Below, piece by piece: positions 1 through 12,676 of a stretch of 64,000 nt of DNA. Below the pieces are notes generated by a model. It did no database searches. It was not told where the DNA came from and was given only the letters and a program-made list of their open reading frames with translations. The stretch lies in NCBI RefSeq assembly GCF_009914755.1, contig NC_060933.1. The stretch is one strand, 5' to 3'. Each line of letters begins with the position of its first letter. Within the stretch, counting starts at the first letter, position 1. Made by a program: the position numbers and the translations under genes. This stretch comes from the human T2T-CHM13v2.0 reference genome, Homo sapiens.

Positions 1-204
1 CCTTCACCATCACAGCAAGCACAGGATCAGATGAATGCACTAATTCGCTCATGCCTCTACACAAATGCGTCCTCATAAACATTTAATAATAACCCAAGTC
101 GATATACCATCTTACAACACACAAGGTCTTTTCCTGTCCGTTTTCCCATTTTACTCTTAAAATAACCCATGTTTTATTTGATTTTTTAAAATGCCAACCT
201 AATA

Positions 205-372
205 GTTTAATAGGGGTCTTTACCTGAGCCTCATTAGATGGGTTTCAGAGGTTCTCAGGCTTACTCTGAAATCGAATGCAAAACTGCCTATATGTGCATT
301 TTTTTCAGCGTGTTAGGATCCAGGGTTTTCATGCCTATTTCCCTACCCACAAGAAAAGGTTTTGGGCCACCA
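205..372. mobile_element. Degraded hAT-Charlie-type MER DNA transposon fragment
   Basis: 'gatgggtttcagagg...ctgaaatcgaatgcaaaact...tatgtgcattttttt...atccagggttttcat' resembles short Charlie-derived MERs; subfamily uncertain. Confidence 0.45.
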
Positions 373-914
373 AGTCATGGGAATGATCTCACTGACCTGA
401 AACTAAAGATATTAAAGTTTATAAAAGTGCCTTTTCCTCCATTTCCTCACTTAATTCACACATCTACAACCTTATGAAATTAACCTTACAAGTATGACTT
501 TTTGATAGATGAGAATACCGGGCTTGGAGGTATCTCCAAGCTCATGTCCCCTAACACCCACTTATCTTTTTTAATTCTGCCTGCCACACTACTGAGATGG
601 AAAAAGAAGAGAGACTAACATCTGATAGGGATTGCCCTTGATAGGGAATTACACATGTTTTCTCCATCCATGTGAGCCAAAAGGTCACATACAGGTTTTT
701 TCATAGGAAACCAACTCAGGCAACTGAAAAGTGACTATTTTAATAAAAATTTTAGTTTCTTACTACACATCTAGTAAATATAACATTTTGGACAACCAGA
801 GAATAAAGATTCCCTAAGAGATTAACCAGATCATTTTTAACAGCTCTATAAACACATGCCCAAAGAGGCAAGCTGTTTCCTCTTCTTGCTTGGGGGTGCT
901 CTTTGTCCAGATAG

Positions 915-1648
915 CCAGATGGCTCATTCACTCACTTCCTTCAGATCTCTGTTCAAATGGCGTATTGTATGATTACTGGCCACGTGTATGTCTTCTTTTC
1001 AGAAAAGTGTCTGTTCATGTGCTTTGCCCACTTTTTAATGGATTTTTTTTTCATGTAAATGTATTTAAGTTCCTTCTAGGTGCTGGATATTAGACCTTTG
1101 TCTGATGCATAGTATGCAAAAATTTTCTCCCACTCTGTAGGTTGTCTGTTTACTTTGTTGATAGTTTATTTTGCTGTGCAAAAGCTCTTTAGTTTCATTA
1201 GATCTCATTTGCCACTTTTTGCTTTTCTTGCAATTGCTTTTGGCATCTTCGTCATGAAATCTTTGCCCGTGCCTATGTCCTGAATGATATACAACAAACT
1301 CCCATGACACACGTTTACCTGTGTAACACATGTACCCCTGAACTTAAAATAAAAGTACTTTAAAATGCCATATTATAATTCACACCTTCCCTGACCACAC
1401 AATAAAGTATCAGCCCCCATCCTCCTACCCCACAACACTCTAATACTTGCTTTTTCTCTTTTAGTATTGTTTTTTAATGTATTGTATTTCTTATAATACA
1501 ATACAATGTATTGTTTATTTAATTGGTTATGTATTTAAGGCATGTCTTCATGTGCTAGAATGAAACCTCTATGAGGTGGAGACTTTGTCTATTTAACTTG
1601 CTGTTCTAAAACTCAGACAAAACACTCAGTATTTGTTTCATGGATGGA
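915..1648 (+). mobile_element. L2 3' region, interrupted by an L1P insertion (976-1362)
   Basis: L2 motif 'ctcacttccttcagatctctgttcaaatg' continues as 'ccttccctgaccac' after the L1; ends in an L2-like tail 'ctcagtatttgtttcatggatgga'. Confidence 0.7.
976..1362. mobile_element. 5'-inverted old L1PA/L1PB insertion (antisense ORF2 piece 976-1286 plus sense 3' terminus 1287-1356)
   Basis: Antisense L1 'tgtctgttcatgtgctttgcccactttttaatgg...gtgcctatgtcctgaatg' is joined to the sense end 'catgtacccctgaacttaaaataaaagt'; degenerate TSD at 955-969 and 1363-1377. Confidence 0.8.
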
Positions 1649-1869
1649 GCCTTACCACAAAAGCTTTAGAACTCAGTAGCCTCTTCAGAGAAGATAAATA
1701 ATTTGCTTAAGGTCACCCAGCTATTAAAGAGCTTCAAACTTAAGTACTTCCAAGTACTGTGTACTTCTGCTACATTATCACTGCCACCCACAAGTGAATT
1801 TCGTAAAATTTATCTTCAGTTCGCCTCCCAGAGGCATGAATGAGAACTTTCCCTGTAATAGGAAAGGAA

Positions 1870-2060
1870 AATCTATTGATCATTCATACGACTTAAACAA
1901 TAAGAAAATGTATTGGCTTATGTGATTGGGAAGTACAGACATAGAACGAACATTCGAGTTGGTTTGATCCAAGGCACAGCAAGGTCATAATGGACCTGAA
2001 CTATTTTGCATCTTTATGCTCTACTTTCTATAATGTTGACTTTATCCTAAGGCTACGTAT
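1870..2060 (-). mobile_element. MLT1 (ERVL-MaLR) LTR fragment, old subfamily
   Basis: 'gacttaaacaataagaaaatgtattggcttatgtgattgggaagt' is typical of antisense MLT1K/L. Confidence 0.5.
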
Positions 2061-2104
2061 ATTGACTGGGTCCAGTCAGGAAAACAAAAACCAAATACTC
2101 TATG

Positions 2105-3222
2105 TTTTTAATTGAAATATGTATTAAAATAATTGTAGATTCATTTACACCTTGCACTTTTGCCCATTTTCCACCATGGTAACGTTTTCTAAAATTACAG
2201 TGTAACATCACAAACAGGATACTGACATTGATTCAACCCACTGAACTTATACTGATTTATCCCATTTTACTTGTGTGTGTGTGTACATGTTAAGATGTAT
2301 TTATATAATTCCTTATTTTATTACCTGTATAGCTTCATGTATCCACCACCTCCATCAATACACTGAGCTTTTCCAAGATTTCAAGGATCCCTCCTGTAAT
2401 TTGGGGGAGAATTTATATGATGTTGACTCTTCCAGTCCATGGCACAGTATTATTCTCTATTTATTCTGGTCTCCTTTGATTTATTAGTGTTTTATATTTT
2501 TCAGCATAGAGATCCTGTACATGTTTTCTTAAAAGCATATGTAGTATTTCATTTTCTTCGGCATGATTCTAAATGATATTTCATTTTAATTTTGATATTT
2601 ACAAGTTCATTTTTAGTATATAGAAATGCAATTGATTTTTGTGTTAAAATTGAATCTTGGAACTTGTAAGCCTGCTAAACACACTTATTAACATGAGTTT
2701 TGTTGTTGTTGTTGTCGTCGTTTTGATTTTATAGATTCCAAACTTTGGATTTCCTAAGTAGAAAATCATGTCTTCTGCAAATAGGAGATATTTTATTACT
2801 TTGTTTTTGTTAATATTTTTAATCCCCTTGTAGATTATTATTTTAATTGACAAATTATAATTGTATATATTTATAGGGTACAATGTGATGTTTTGCTATA
2901 TGTATACAATGCTGAATGATTAAACCCAGCTAATTAACATCTCCTTCACTTCACTTATGTATCATTTTTTTGTAGTGAGACATTTGGAAGTTACTCTCTT
3001 GGTTTTGTTGAAATATACCTTTTATTATTTTTCTTGTCTTAGTACACTAGCTAACATTTCCAGTACCATGTTGAATAAGAGTGGGCATCCTTGCCTTATT
3101 CCCAACCTTAGGAATAAAGTATTTAATCTTTCACCATTAAGTATCATGTTAGCTATAGGATTTTTATAGATGATTTTTATCAAGTTAAGGATAAAAGTTT
3201 GCTGAAAGCTTTTATTGTGAAT
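2105..3222 (-). mobile_element. L1M fragments including a reverse-transcriptase remnant, with a nested L1MA 3' end (~2835-3020)
   Basis: Minus ORF 2644-2883 contains 'LLFAEDMIFYLGNPK', matching L1 RT SLFADDMIVYLENPK; 'gagtgggcatccttgccttattcccaaccttagg' is antisense L1 ORF2. Confidence 0.85.
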
Positions 3223-3227
3223 TAGTT

Positions 3228-3931
3228 TGGAGAAATAGGAACACTTTTACATTGTTGGTGGGACTGTAAACTAGTTCAACCATAGTGGAAGACAGTGTGG
3301 TGATTCCTCAAGGATCTAGAACTAGAAATACCATTTGAACCTGCCATCCCATTACTGGGTATATACCCAAAGGATTATAAAGCATGCTGCTATAAAGACA
3401 CATGTACACACATGTTTATTGCGGCACTATTCACAATAGCAAAGACTTGGAACCAACCCAAATGTCCATCAATGATAGACTGGATTAAGAAAATGTGGCA
3501 CATATACACCATGGAATACTATGCAGCCATAAAAAAGGATGCATTCATGTCCTTTGTAGGGACGTGGATGAAGCAGGAAATCATCATTCTCAGCAAACTA
3601 TCACAAGGACAAAAAAACCAAACACTGAATTTTCTCACTCATAGGTGGGAATTGAACAATAAGAACACTTGGACACAGGAAGGGGAACATCACACACCTG
3701 GGCCTGTCATGGGGTGGGGGGAGTGGGGAGGGATCCCATTAGGAGATATACCTAATGTAAATCACCCGTTAATGGGTGCAGCACACCAACATGGCGCATG
3801 TATACATATGTAAAAAACCTGCACATTATGCACATGTACCCTAGAACTTAAACTATAATACAAAATAAATAAATAAGTAAAAATATATATACATAAAAAT
3901 TTTAAAAATGAATAAATGAAAGAAAAAGAAA
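3228..3931 (+). mobile_element. 5'-truncated L1PA (about L1PA4-6): ORF2 C-terminus, 3'UTR and A-rich tail
   Basis: ORF 3412-3813 begins MFIAALFTIAKTWNQPKCPSMIDWIKKMWHIYTMEYYAAIK (L1 ORF2p C-terminus); G-rich 3'UTR; ends 'catgtaccctagaacttaaactataat' then a degenerate poly(A). Confidence 0.95.
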
Positions 3932-4394
3932 ACAGCCTTCCTATTTGTACACAGTGACCTCTTATTTTCACAAGGGAGGGGCAGCTCTAATGTTGGGCCT
4001 CTGTTTCTTTTTTGCATTTCAAACAAAACGGAATGAGCAAAGAAGTGAGGAGTAGAAATGTAGCAGTTAAGGAGCTAAGAAGAATTGTCCTAAAACTATT
4101 TGTAAAGACATAAATTGCCACCTTGTGTCATTGACTATTCAAATCAGTAAGCATTCAAATAGGATAATCTGTATTTGGCTTAGGACTGACTGGCACAAGA
4201 AATAACTCCTTCCATGAAGACATCAGCTTTCCTCTTAGTAATTTTGGTCTGCCCTGTGCTGTGGGCCCCTGAGAATACACATATATTTTTATCCATATTC
4301 ACTGCATTTTATGGTTTCTGATTATTTCAAATATACAAAATGCTCTTTCTTCCAACAAAGAACATTAACACAATAGGAAAAAAAGGAGTAAGAA

Positions 4395-4590
4395 TGTGAG
4401 GTCATTAGACCTGGAGTTAAGTTGACTCTGTCACATGCCTAGCTAGGTGAACTTGTTACCCCCCATTCAACCTCCCTGAGCTGCAGACTTATCCTCAAGG
4501 GAATAAAATGAGTTTCCTAAAATCTCTCAAGGAATCACTAAAAGTATAATGTGATAATGTATATAGATGTGCCATAGATATATAAAATAC
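4395..4590 (+). mobile_element. MIR SINE
   Basis: 'tagacctggagtt...ctagctaggtgaacttg...aacctccctgagctgcag' MIR core. Confidence 0.6.
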
Positions 4591-4741
4591 TATTAATCTT
4601 ACCAAGGAGGTTTGGAGAACTTTTTTTAATGAGTAAGTATGAGTTTTTTCCATTGCCTAACAATAAAACTCAACCTATTTAACTCAGCTTTTAAGAAGCT
4701 TCAAGAATTGTTACCAACCTGCCTGTCCAATGTTATTCTTG

Positions 4742-5050
4742 TTGTTCATTCACTCAATGGATAATAATTGAGTACCTACTATGTTCCAGCATCCATGCTG
4801 GGCACTGTAGAAACAGTGGTGAACACAAGAGATATCCTCTCTGATGAGAAGAGAAGGTTCTAGGCATAAGAATCAGCATAAGAGAGATGCAAAAGTGGAG
4901 ATTAGCCTGGGACATCTAGGAACTGAAAAGCCAATGGGACTAAAGGTAAGCAGCAGGGATGAGAGGGCTGAGTGAGCTGGAGAGATAGGCAGGGTCCCCT
5001 TAGCTCCAGACAAAGTGGCAAAATGAACAAGCTTACCATTCATTAAGTAC
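4742..5050 (-). mobile_element. L2 fragment
   Basis: 'ttcattcactcaa...attgagtacctactatgttccagca...ctgggcactgtagaaacagtggtgaac' is an antisense L2 3' end. Confidence 0.7.
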
Positions 5051-5095
5051 TGGGCATAATCTCCTGCCTTCTTGCTTTTCTGCAGGCAGATGCCC

Positions 5096-5529
5096 TGATT
5101 GGTTTTAATATCTGTCCCCTCCAAATCTCATGTTGAATATGATCCCCTGTATTGGAGGTGGGGCCTGCTGGGAGGTGTCTGGGTTATGAGGGCAGATCCC
5201 ACATAAATGGCTTAGCGCCATGCCCCTGGTGATGAATGAATTCTTGCTCTGGTAGTTCACATGACAGCTGGTTGTTTAAAAGAGTGGGGCACCTCCTCCC
5301 CTCTCTCTTGCTCCTTTTGCTCTTGCTCCGTCTCTCACCGTGTGACGCGACTGCTCCCCCTTAGCCTTCCACCATAAGTAGAAGCTTCCTGAGGTCCTTG
5401 CCAGAAGCAGATGCTGATGCCATGTTTCCTGTACAGCCCATAGAACCAGGAGCCAAATAAACTTCTTTTCTTTATAAATTACCCAGCCTCAGATATATCT
5501 TTATAACAATGCAAAAACAGGCTAATACA
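5096..5529 (+). mobile_element. MSTA/MSTB solo LTR (ERVL-MaLR)
   Basis: TG...CA termini; 'tgtcccctccaaatctcatgttgaa', 'ggaggtggggcctg', 'aataaacttcttttctttataaattacccagcctcag...ctaataca'. Confidence 0.9.
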
Positions 5530-5629
5530 CCTCAGGTCCTTGATTGCCAACCATGTCATCCCCACTTCTGGTGTACACAGTCTTTACTTCAAAGTCCAAA
5601 ACTAATGCCAATACCTGTGCAAAACCTGC

Positions 5630-5955
5630 TGTGTTAGGCCATTCTTGCCTTGCAATAAGGAAATACTTGTAGTTGGGTAATTAATAAAGAAAAGAGGTTT
5701 AATTGGCTCAGAGTTCTGCAAGTTGAACAGGAAGCATAGCACCAGCATCTGCTTTTGGGAAAGCCTCAGGAAGCCTACAATCATGGCAGAAGGCAAAGGG
5801 GGAGCAGGCATGTCACATGGTGGAAACAGGAGCAAGAGACACAGTAGAGGGGAGGGGCTGCCACACATTTTAAACAACCAGCTCTCATGAGAATTCACTC
5901 ACTATCACAAGGACAGCCCCAAGCCATGAGGGATCTGCATCACTACCATGATCAG
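5630..5955 (-). mobile_element. MSTA/MSTB LTR, 5'-truncated
   Basis: 'tgtgttaggccattcttgc...gggtaattaataaagaaaagaggtttaattggctca...caatcatggcagaaggcaaagggggagcagg'. Confidence 0.9.
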
Positions 5956-6159
5956 GCACCCCTCTTTGTCACACATTAGGCTCTTTGAGGGTGGGGCTCT
6001 GGCATCTTCATCTCCTTACTCCTTGGCTTACTGCATGTTTGTTCCTCTGATCTAAGAGCACCTTTGATCTCCACCTTTGCTGTTTTTTATTTACAAGGAC
6101 CTAGTAAATGTCGTTGGGTCAATTCAGCAATAGGAAAGAGAAAAATATAATTTGAGAAA

Positions 6160-6300
6160 CAGGGGCTGCCCCAAGAAGAACATGACCTCATCTCGAAAGT
6201 TCAGGTGAGCCCAAAAGATCTAGCAGCTGGATGCCATCCCTTAACCCAGTCCTTGCACTGGACCATGAGCTCTTTCTTGAAGGAGGATCTGATCAGCAAC
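6160..6300 (-). mobile_element. LTR16-family (ERVL) fragment
   Basis: 'ctctttcttgaaggaggatctg' is the reverse complement of the LTR16-like start seen near 54545-54575. Confidence 0.5.
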
Positions 6301-7896
6301 AGTGGTCATTTGTCAGTGCTGGACATCTATCAGCCAATGCTATCTATAAGTTTATGGACATTAGCCAGACATCCAGCAGAACATGACTGTCTCTATGTAG
6401 CAGTATTGCAGGAAATTTTATTATGTTCATGGGCATTTCCAAACCCAGGCCCCTAGTGAGAGCCACAGCTGTCACAGGGCTTCACCCCATTATCAGCCGT
6501 CAGCCCAGCACTTCCCGACAATGGCAGCTGTTGGCATCCTGTAGACAGCCAAGTCCAAGGAACGTCTGCTTTGTTTCTAATCTTGTCAGGGGACAACCCC
6601 ACCCTGACCCCACCAGTCCAGGGGGTCAGGCTGATGTCATGGGTGTTCTGTAGCTTCTGTCATCACTGAAGATTGCTTCAAATGCTGTGAGAGAGATGAA
6701 TGGTACCAGCCACCAAGACCTGCTTCCCCACGTCAGACACATTCCATGGGCTGAAAAGGAGTTAATCCCCTTTTCTAATGTAAGCATTTAGTTTCTTAAT
6801 GTAAAACTTAAAGACAGAAACCTACATGTGTGATGGTGTTCTGAGTTGGAATGTGGGTAAAAGTTGGCATTTGTGAGTCAGAAGATTCAGAGTTGAGTTA
6901 GAGTTCTGATACTCATACTAGCTCTGTGACCATAGGCAAGTCAGTCTCCACTCTCTGGCCTTCGTTTCTGTTTATAAAAAGAAAGGGAAAGAACCAATGA
7001 TTTCTAAGTCTTCTCCTGGATCTACATTTCCAGGATTCTTTATTGCAGTGTCAACAAAGGCACCTACTCTGGGGCAGAGACTGTATTGGGGCTTTACACA
7101 TACTGCATCTATTTTATCCTCACATCTCCTCAGGTTAGATTTTAATATTTCCAACAGTTCTATGTTTCCTACAAGGAAAATGCAAGGTGTTGGTGGGCCG
7201 GGGCGGGGTGTAATCTTTCTGAAGTTGTGTAGATATAAAAGTCATCAATGGATTTAAACCCAGGCGGCCTGATTCTCACATCTCCCCTGGCCTCAAAATT
7301 ATTTCCATATTCATATGAAAAACCCCAGCCAGTCACAAGAGCCCATACAGTGTCCAGTGTCTGTCACTAGCAGAAGGAATGAAAGGGAATTTATCTGCAG
7401 AATGAGGAATTACAACTGGAGTAAAAAGAGAATGGTCTGAAGGTTTCTAGGCAGCAGAGTCAAAACAAGGACAGCTTCATGCTTAAAGACACAGATGGCC
7501 ATAGCTCAAAATGTTTGATTCTGGTCCAGGCTGGACTTGGAGGCATAGATTAGAAGACCTGAAAGCCACTTTTCATGTTTGAAGAAAAGAATAAAAGTTA
7601 GGAAATGAAGATCTGCAGAGTGAGAAGCCAGACCATTCATGATGGTCTTTATCTTTGTAAAGATTTTCTTGATAATTTTTTTTAAAAAACCAAGTCCCTT
7701 AATTTTAGAGTATATCTTTTATTAAAGAAGCTGTTTCATAACTATGTCTCACCTACTTGCAAGAAAATTATTTCCACTAGATAGAAACATTATTAACCAC
7801 ATTATGTCTATGAGAAAACTGAGGCCAAGTGAGGAAAGATGAAATTAGAAACATTATCTCCTGATGCCCAGATTCATAGACTCCATACCTCACTGA

Positions 7897-8410
7897 TATG
7901 GCAGAGACTACTGGATGCCTACCCAATAGCCTTGTTCCCTTAATAGAAGAGCCTAGTTTTATTTGAAGCAGCAAAGCATCAAGCAAAAAGATTATATTCC
8001 CAAGCCTCCCTTTCAACTAGAGTTGATCATGCAACCAAGTTCTGGACAGACAGTGAGTACTTTTGTGGGAGAATTCCATAAAGTCCTTTTAAAGCAACCT
8101 GAGTTAATGAAGGTGGATCATTTGTTCCCTTCTTCTTTTTTTTCTTCCTGCTCCCTGCCGATGAAAAACTAAAGCTCCATCCACTATCGTGGGCTAACAG
8201 TGAGCTTGAGTACAAAGCTGTGCATTAGGATGAAGAAGATGAAATATAATGGGAGCCTGGGCTCCTGAGCATCTCAAGGCTGCCATACCAACCCTGGCTT
8301 GCCTTCTTCTGAAATTCTCATATATAAGAAAGAAAGAAATGATTTTTATAAAGCCACATTATTTGCAGGGCTTCTTTTTTATGCAGCTAAGCCTAATCCT
8401 AAAGGTTACA
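7897..8410 (+). mobile_element. MLT1J-like solo LTR
   Basis: Starts 'tatggcagagactactggatgcctacccaata'; ends 'aagccacattatttg...gcagctaagcctaatcctaaaggttaca'. Confidence 0.7.
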
Positions 8411-8527
8411 ATGAGATGGCTTAATTTGAGAAATGATGCAGAAAGAAGACACTATCTGCTATCAGACCTGGTTCCTTCCCTTGGCCCACATGGTCATAAG
8501 AAGGAAGGAAGGAATAATGAATGAAAC

Positions 8528-8703
8528 ACAGTTCATCAGATTGGAATGCCATCAACTGCATGACATGCTATAATTTTATGCATCACCAACAAAGAAAAAA
8601 ATGTTGCCAATTAAACTATGACATGTCATTGATTGTGAGATGCAAATCAATTTCATAAATGCTAAAATGTGAGGGGAAAAAAAGCCAACCTGTGAAATAT
8701 GGT
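8528..8703. mobile_element. MER104-like TcMar-Tc2 DNA transposon
   Basis: 'gccatcaactg...aaagaaaaaaatgttgccaattaaactatgaca...tgattgtgagatgca...aaaatgtga...tgaaatatgg'. Confidence 0.65.
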
Positions 8704-10519
8704 GTGCTGAGGATTTAGCAAAGCACAGTTAGGATTTAAAGTTCATCAGATCAATGCATCCTCCCATCCCTATTTTAAAGAACAGGACACCAACACCAAG
8801 GTCCAGCAAGGGGCAGTAATTTGTCCTATAAAATTCAGGGATAGAGACAAGATGAGAATCTTGACAGCAAATTGAGAGCTCTTTAATAGGTCCCAATAGA
8901 TACCAAATATTTGTTTGTGTTACCTTGACCACTAGCAACACGTTTATTTAATCATCCACCTGTTCCTGTTTTTCCCTTTAAAATATGCAGTGCTGAATAG
9001 CAGAGGCAAAGGCCCTCACCCCTCCCACACACAAATGGACTCAGCAGTCACAGGAGATGATGCAGACAGATTTCCCAGTAAATTCATGCTCACACAGGGC
9101 ATACACCTGAGTCAGTGGCTCTGAAGGAGATGAAGAACACCAGGTGGCTATGGAGAACTGCAGGTAGGAGTCTCTGAAACACAGGAAATTGAGATGGCAT
9201 AGCAGTGGCTGATGGCTGGGGCCTGAGGAATATTCAGCTCAAATCTCTCCTTCCTTCTCTTACAAGGGAAGAAACACCATGGTGAATGGCGCTTTCCCAA
9301 GGGATATCCAGAACCTAGACTCCCAGTTTATCAGAGATGGAGGGCCCAAAGAGATCATGCATCAGTCTAGCCTGCATTAAAGATAAAAATTCTTCTAATC
9401 TCTCATAATCTGTTGTGGGTTTTAGAAAGACCATGCTTCTGACAGTACTGTTGATTCCGGAGGCAAGGAGTGAAGTAAGAAGGACACTTCAGCCATCCAG
9501 GTAAAGAGAACAGCAGGTCCTGGACTAAAGCAGAAAAGACGGAGTGAGTAGGAAAGATGGTCCAATCAAACATCAACGAAGCTTCAAAAACATCAAGCTT
9601 CTGAAGTCATTTTCCTGTTCTTGGTACTGTTTCCTCCTCTGTTCCCAAATATACCCTATGCCCTCGCTCTCAACATCCCTCATTGCAATTCATCTTTTTT
9701 TAGACTATGCATAAATAAGGTATGAATGACTAATAACGGTGTAGGTTGCCAAGGACAGCTGCGTTCATATAGGGAATCCAAGCCATAAGCTAAATGATGT
9801 AGTTCTGATGGCAGAATTTCAAACATCAACCTGGGGATGAAGAGGTACTTGAGTCATTAGGGCCTCCCATTGCTATAGATATCCTCAGCTATCTTTCCTC
9901 CTCTAAGGATGCTTGCATGAAAAATAAGCTAGTCTTTCCTATTTTTCTCCAGCAAAAAATTTTAAATTTCAATGTGCATCTTTCTATATGTGTATGTATA
10001 TGTGTGTATAGAGAAGGTCTAAATGAGTGAAACTTTTGCACAATAAAGCAATATAGGGAAATATGGTGGGTTACTTTTTAAAGTATACAGTAGCATGGTA
10101 GAACAGAATGTCTATGGGGCCTGCTCTAATAAATACATAGAATGGTTTATAATTAGCAGAAGCCTTGAAAATGGGTCTTCTTCTGATACTTAGATAAAAA
10201 AGGATGAGTTTATGAAAATGTTTTAAAAACTGGAAGCACTATAGATATGTTTTCTTTAACATGATATGACTATTTGAAATGGATTTGTTCTTGGAGGGCA
10301 TTAATTATATTGCAATGAAGTTTTCACCACAATCAGAACCAGGATTATCTTCATTTTACAGATGATGAAACAAAGGCTCAAAAAAGTAGCCCAAGCCATT
10401 GTTCTTCGCAAAATTGTACAGTTATCTCTCAAAATGGGGGTCAGTGGGCAGAGCGTTGGGCTCCAAAACTAAAAATGTCTTCCCTGTAAATTATCCTAGG
10501 GAAAGGGAGACAGAACTGA

Positions 10520-10720
10520 TATCCATTGAGCATTTTCCCTGGTCCAGTGAAACTTTTAAGTATCATCTAATAGAATCCCCAGAATAAACCTAGGAAGTAA
10601 GTGCCATTATTATCCCCACTATGCTGGTTCAGAGAGGGTAGGATCCTGCCCAAGCTCACAGAGCAAGAAGGCAGCAGGACCAGATCTCACACCTAGGTCT
10701 GGCAAACACCAAGGATGTGG
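10520..10720 (-). mobile_element. MIR SINE
   Basis: 'attattatcccca...ggttcagagagg...tgcccaagctcacagagc'. Confidence 0.65.
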
Positions 10721-11786
10721 CTAGCTCTTACAAGTCCAGAGTTTTTCTATTCCATAGCTGTGAGTATACATTTGGTTTATTTGGAATAATAGTGCCTCAC
10801 AGCTCCCCTGGGGAAAAGAGGACCTGGGGATACTTTCAATCTGGATGGATATTGCCTTGCCAAGAATTCATTTATGGAGAAAGCAAACAGTCTCCCTCTC
10901 TCGTAAACCTGCATTTTGCCAAATGAATACATAATGAGGCCTTCAGAACATTGAGACATTATTTTCCCTGCAAATCCTGGACCATTTAGAAGGATATCAG
11001 ACCTTGCTTTGCTTGGCAGGAAAACTATGTTAGTGATTCATTCCAAAGCATAAAAGGACAATACAGAAACAGTCACGGAAAAAGGTGTAAGAGCAGAGAA
11101 GAGAAGGCAAGGTCAGGGGTAGAGGGGAAGGAGGGGACAGAAGAAGGAGGAGACATGAGGAAGGAGGAAGGAAGGAGGAGGCTGCCGTTGTGAGCACTGG
11201 GCACAGGATGCTTTTGAAATGCAGACACCAGGTCAGATCTCAATATAGCAGCTGATCCCAAGCTTCTACAAAAGGTACTGAAGTTAGCACTTCTGTCTGG
11301 TCAGAAAGGCAGCTGGAAGATGGAGATAAAAGAACGGCCACTCATTCCACCCCACCCCCTACCTCCAATCACACATAACTTTGAATGCAGGGGAGAGAAA
11401 AGGTGCTGGGCCCAAAAACAGGGGTGGGCCGGAAGGAGGGAGCAGCCTGCCATCTGATCAAAAACACTTTCAAGTTAAGATTAAACTCTAGAGATTGCAG
11501 GAGGCCAATTTAATGGAAAATGTTCCCTGTCCTCCCTGTCCCCTTCCTTGGCTTCCCATGGGAGGGGACTGGGTTGTGATGTTGCTCATCAGAGGAACTC
11601 CAGGGTACCAGATCTTATCCAAATGAGCAGCTGGAAATGACCAAAATGATAGGAAAAAAAATAGTTTACAACATGTTGAAAGAGAGACAAGGGTGGGAAA
11701 GATAGATTTTAATTATCCTGCATTCTTCCTGTGGAAGGGCAGGACACCCAGGAACATTTAAAGGCCATTAGCTCTGAAAGCTGAAG

Positions 11787-11828
11787 CTGGCAAAGGGAAA
11801 ATCCACTGGCAAAGGGAAAATCCACTGG
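11787..11828. repeat. Perfect 19-bp tandem duplication
   Basis: CTGGCAAAGGGAAAATCCA x2, followed by CTGG. Confidence 0.95.
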
Positions 11829-11904
11829 AAAATCACTTTTCCAGGCCTCAGTTTCTCCATATGGAAAATAGAAAGGTCAGGTCACTATAGAGATTGCCCC
11901 ACAC

Positions 11905-12155
11905 TGAGCAAGTATGCAGAGTGGTTAAGTCTATGGGGTCTGCTCAAACTTCTCCTCTCCCACCTATAAGCTGTGTGACCTTGACAAGTGTCTTAACCTT
12001 CCTGAGCCTCAGTTTCCTTTCTGTGAAGTGGCAGTCATGATCAATTCTACCTGTCAGGATTATGGTGAGGATTAAATGAGCTAGTCCATGGGAAGTGCAT
12101 AAAACAGTGGGTGCTCCACAACAAACATGCAATATAAGCTCCCACTATCTTTATT
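11905..12155 (+). mobile_element. Near full-length MIR
   Basis: 'gtggttaag...agctgtgtgaccttgacaagt...ttaaccttcctgagcctcagtttcct...gtgaggattaaatgag'. Confidence 0.9.
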
Positions 12156-12364
12156 ACTAGATATTCAGATGTTCTCTTGTCCTGCAAAAGATGGCGAGAT
12201 GGAGAAGGTTGACCCTAAAACTATGGATTTGAGACCTACTTCCGCAAATCACTTAGCTTATTCCTAAGGCCTAGCTTTGTCATTCAAAATACAGGGCTTG
12301 TAAGGTGTGTGACTGCCAAGTGCTCTGTAAACATGAGGTCAATATCAGTTGTCACCTCTCATCA

Positions 12365-12629
12365 GTGGAAATGAGGAGTAGCATTCAGTGGGTATGAAGT
12401 CTCAGTTATACAAGATTAATAAGTTCTAGGGATCTGCCATACAAAATAATGCCTAGAGTCAATAATAGTGTATTGCGCACCAAAAATATTTAAGAGGGTA
12501 GATCCCATGTTAAGTGCTCTTACTATGCATGAAACAAAAACAAATGAACAGAAAAAAGATGGCATAAGGAAACTTCTGGAGGTGATGGATATATCTATTG
12601 TCTTGATCATAGTGATTGTTGTATGGGTG

Positions 12630-12676
<47 letters not shown>

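Noticed and set aside
2644-2883. ORF with an RT-like FAEDM motif
   Set aside because: Decayed L1 reverse-transcriptase fragment with a mutated catalytic FADD motif, interrupted by another L1.
3412-3813. 133-aa ORF with real protein similarity
   Set aside because: It is the C-terminus of L1 ORF2p in a truncated L1PA, frameshifted into the 3'UTR; not a host gene.
8801-8818. Weaker CTCF-like words (also ~28795, ~29885, ~58335)
   Set aside because: Mismatches at informative core positions; such matches are expected by chance.
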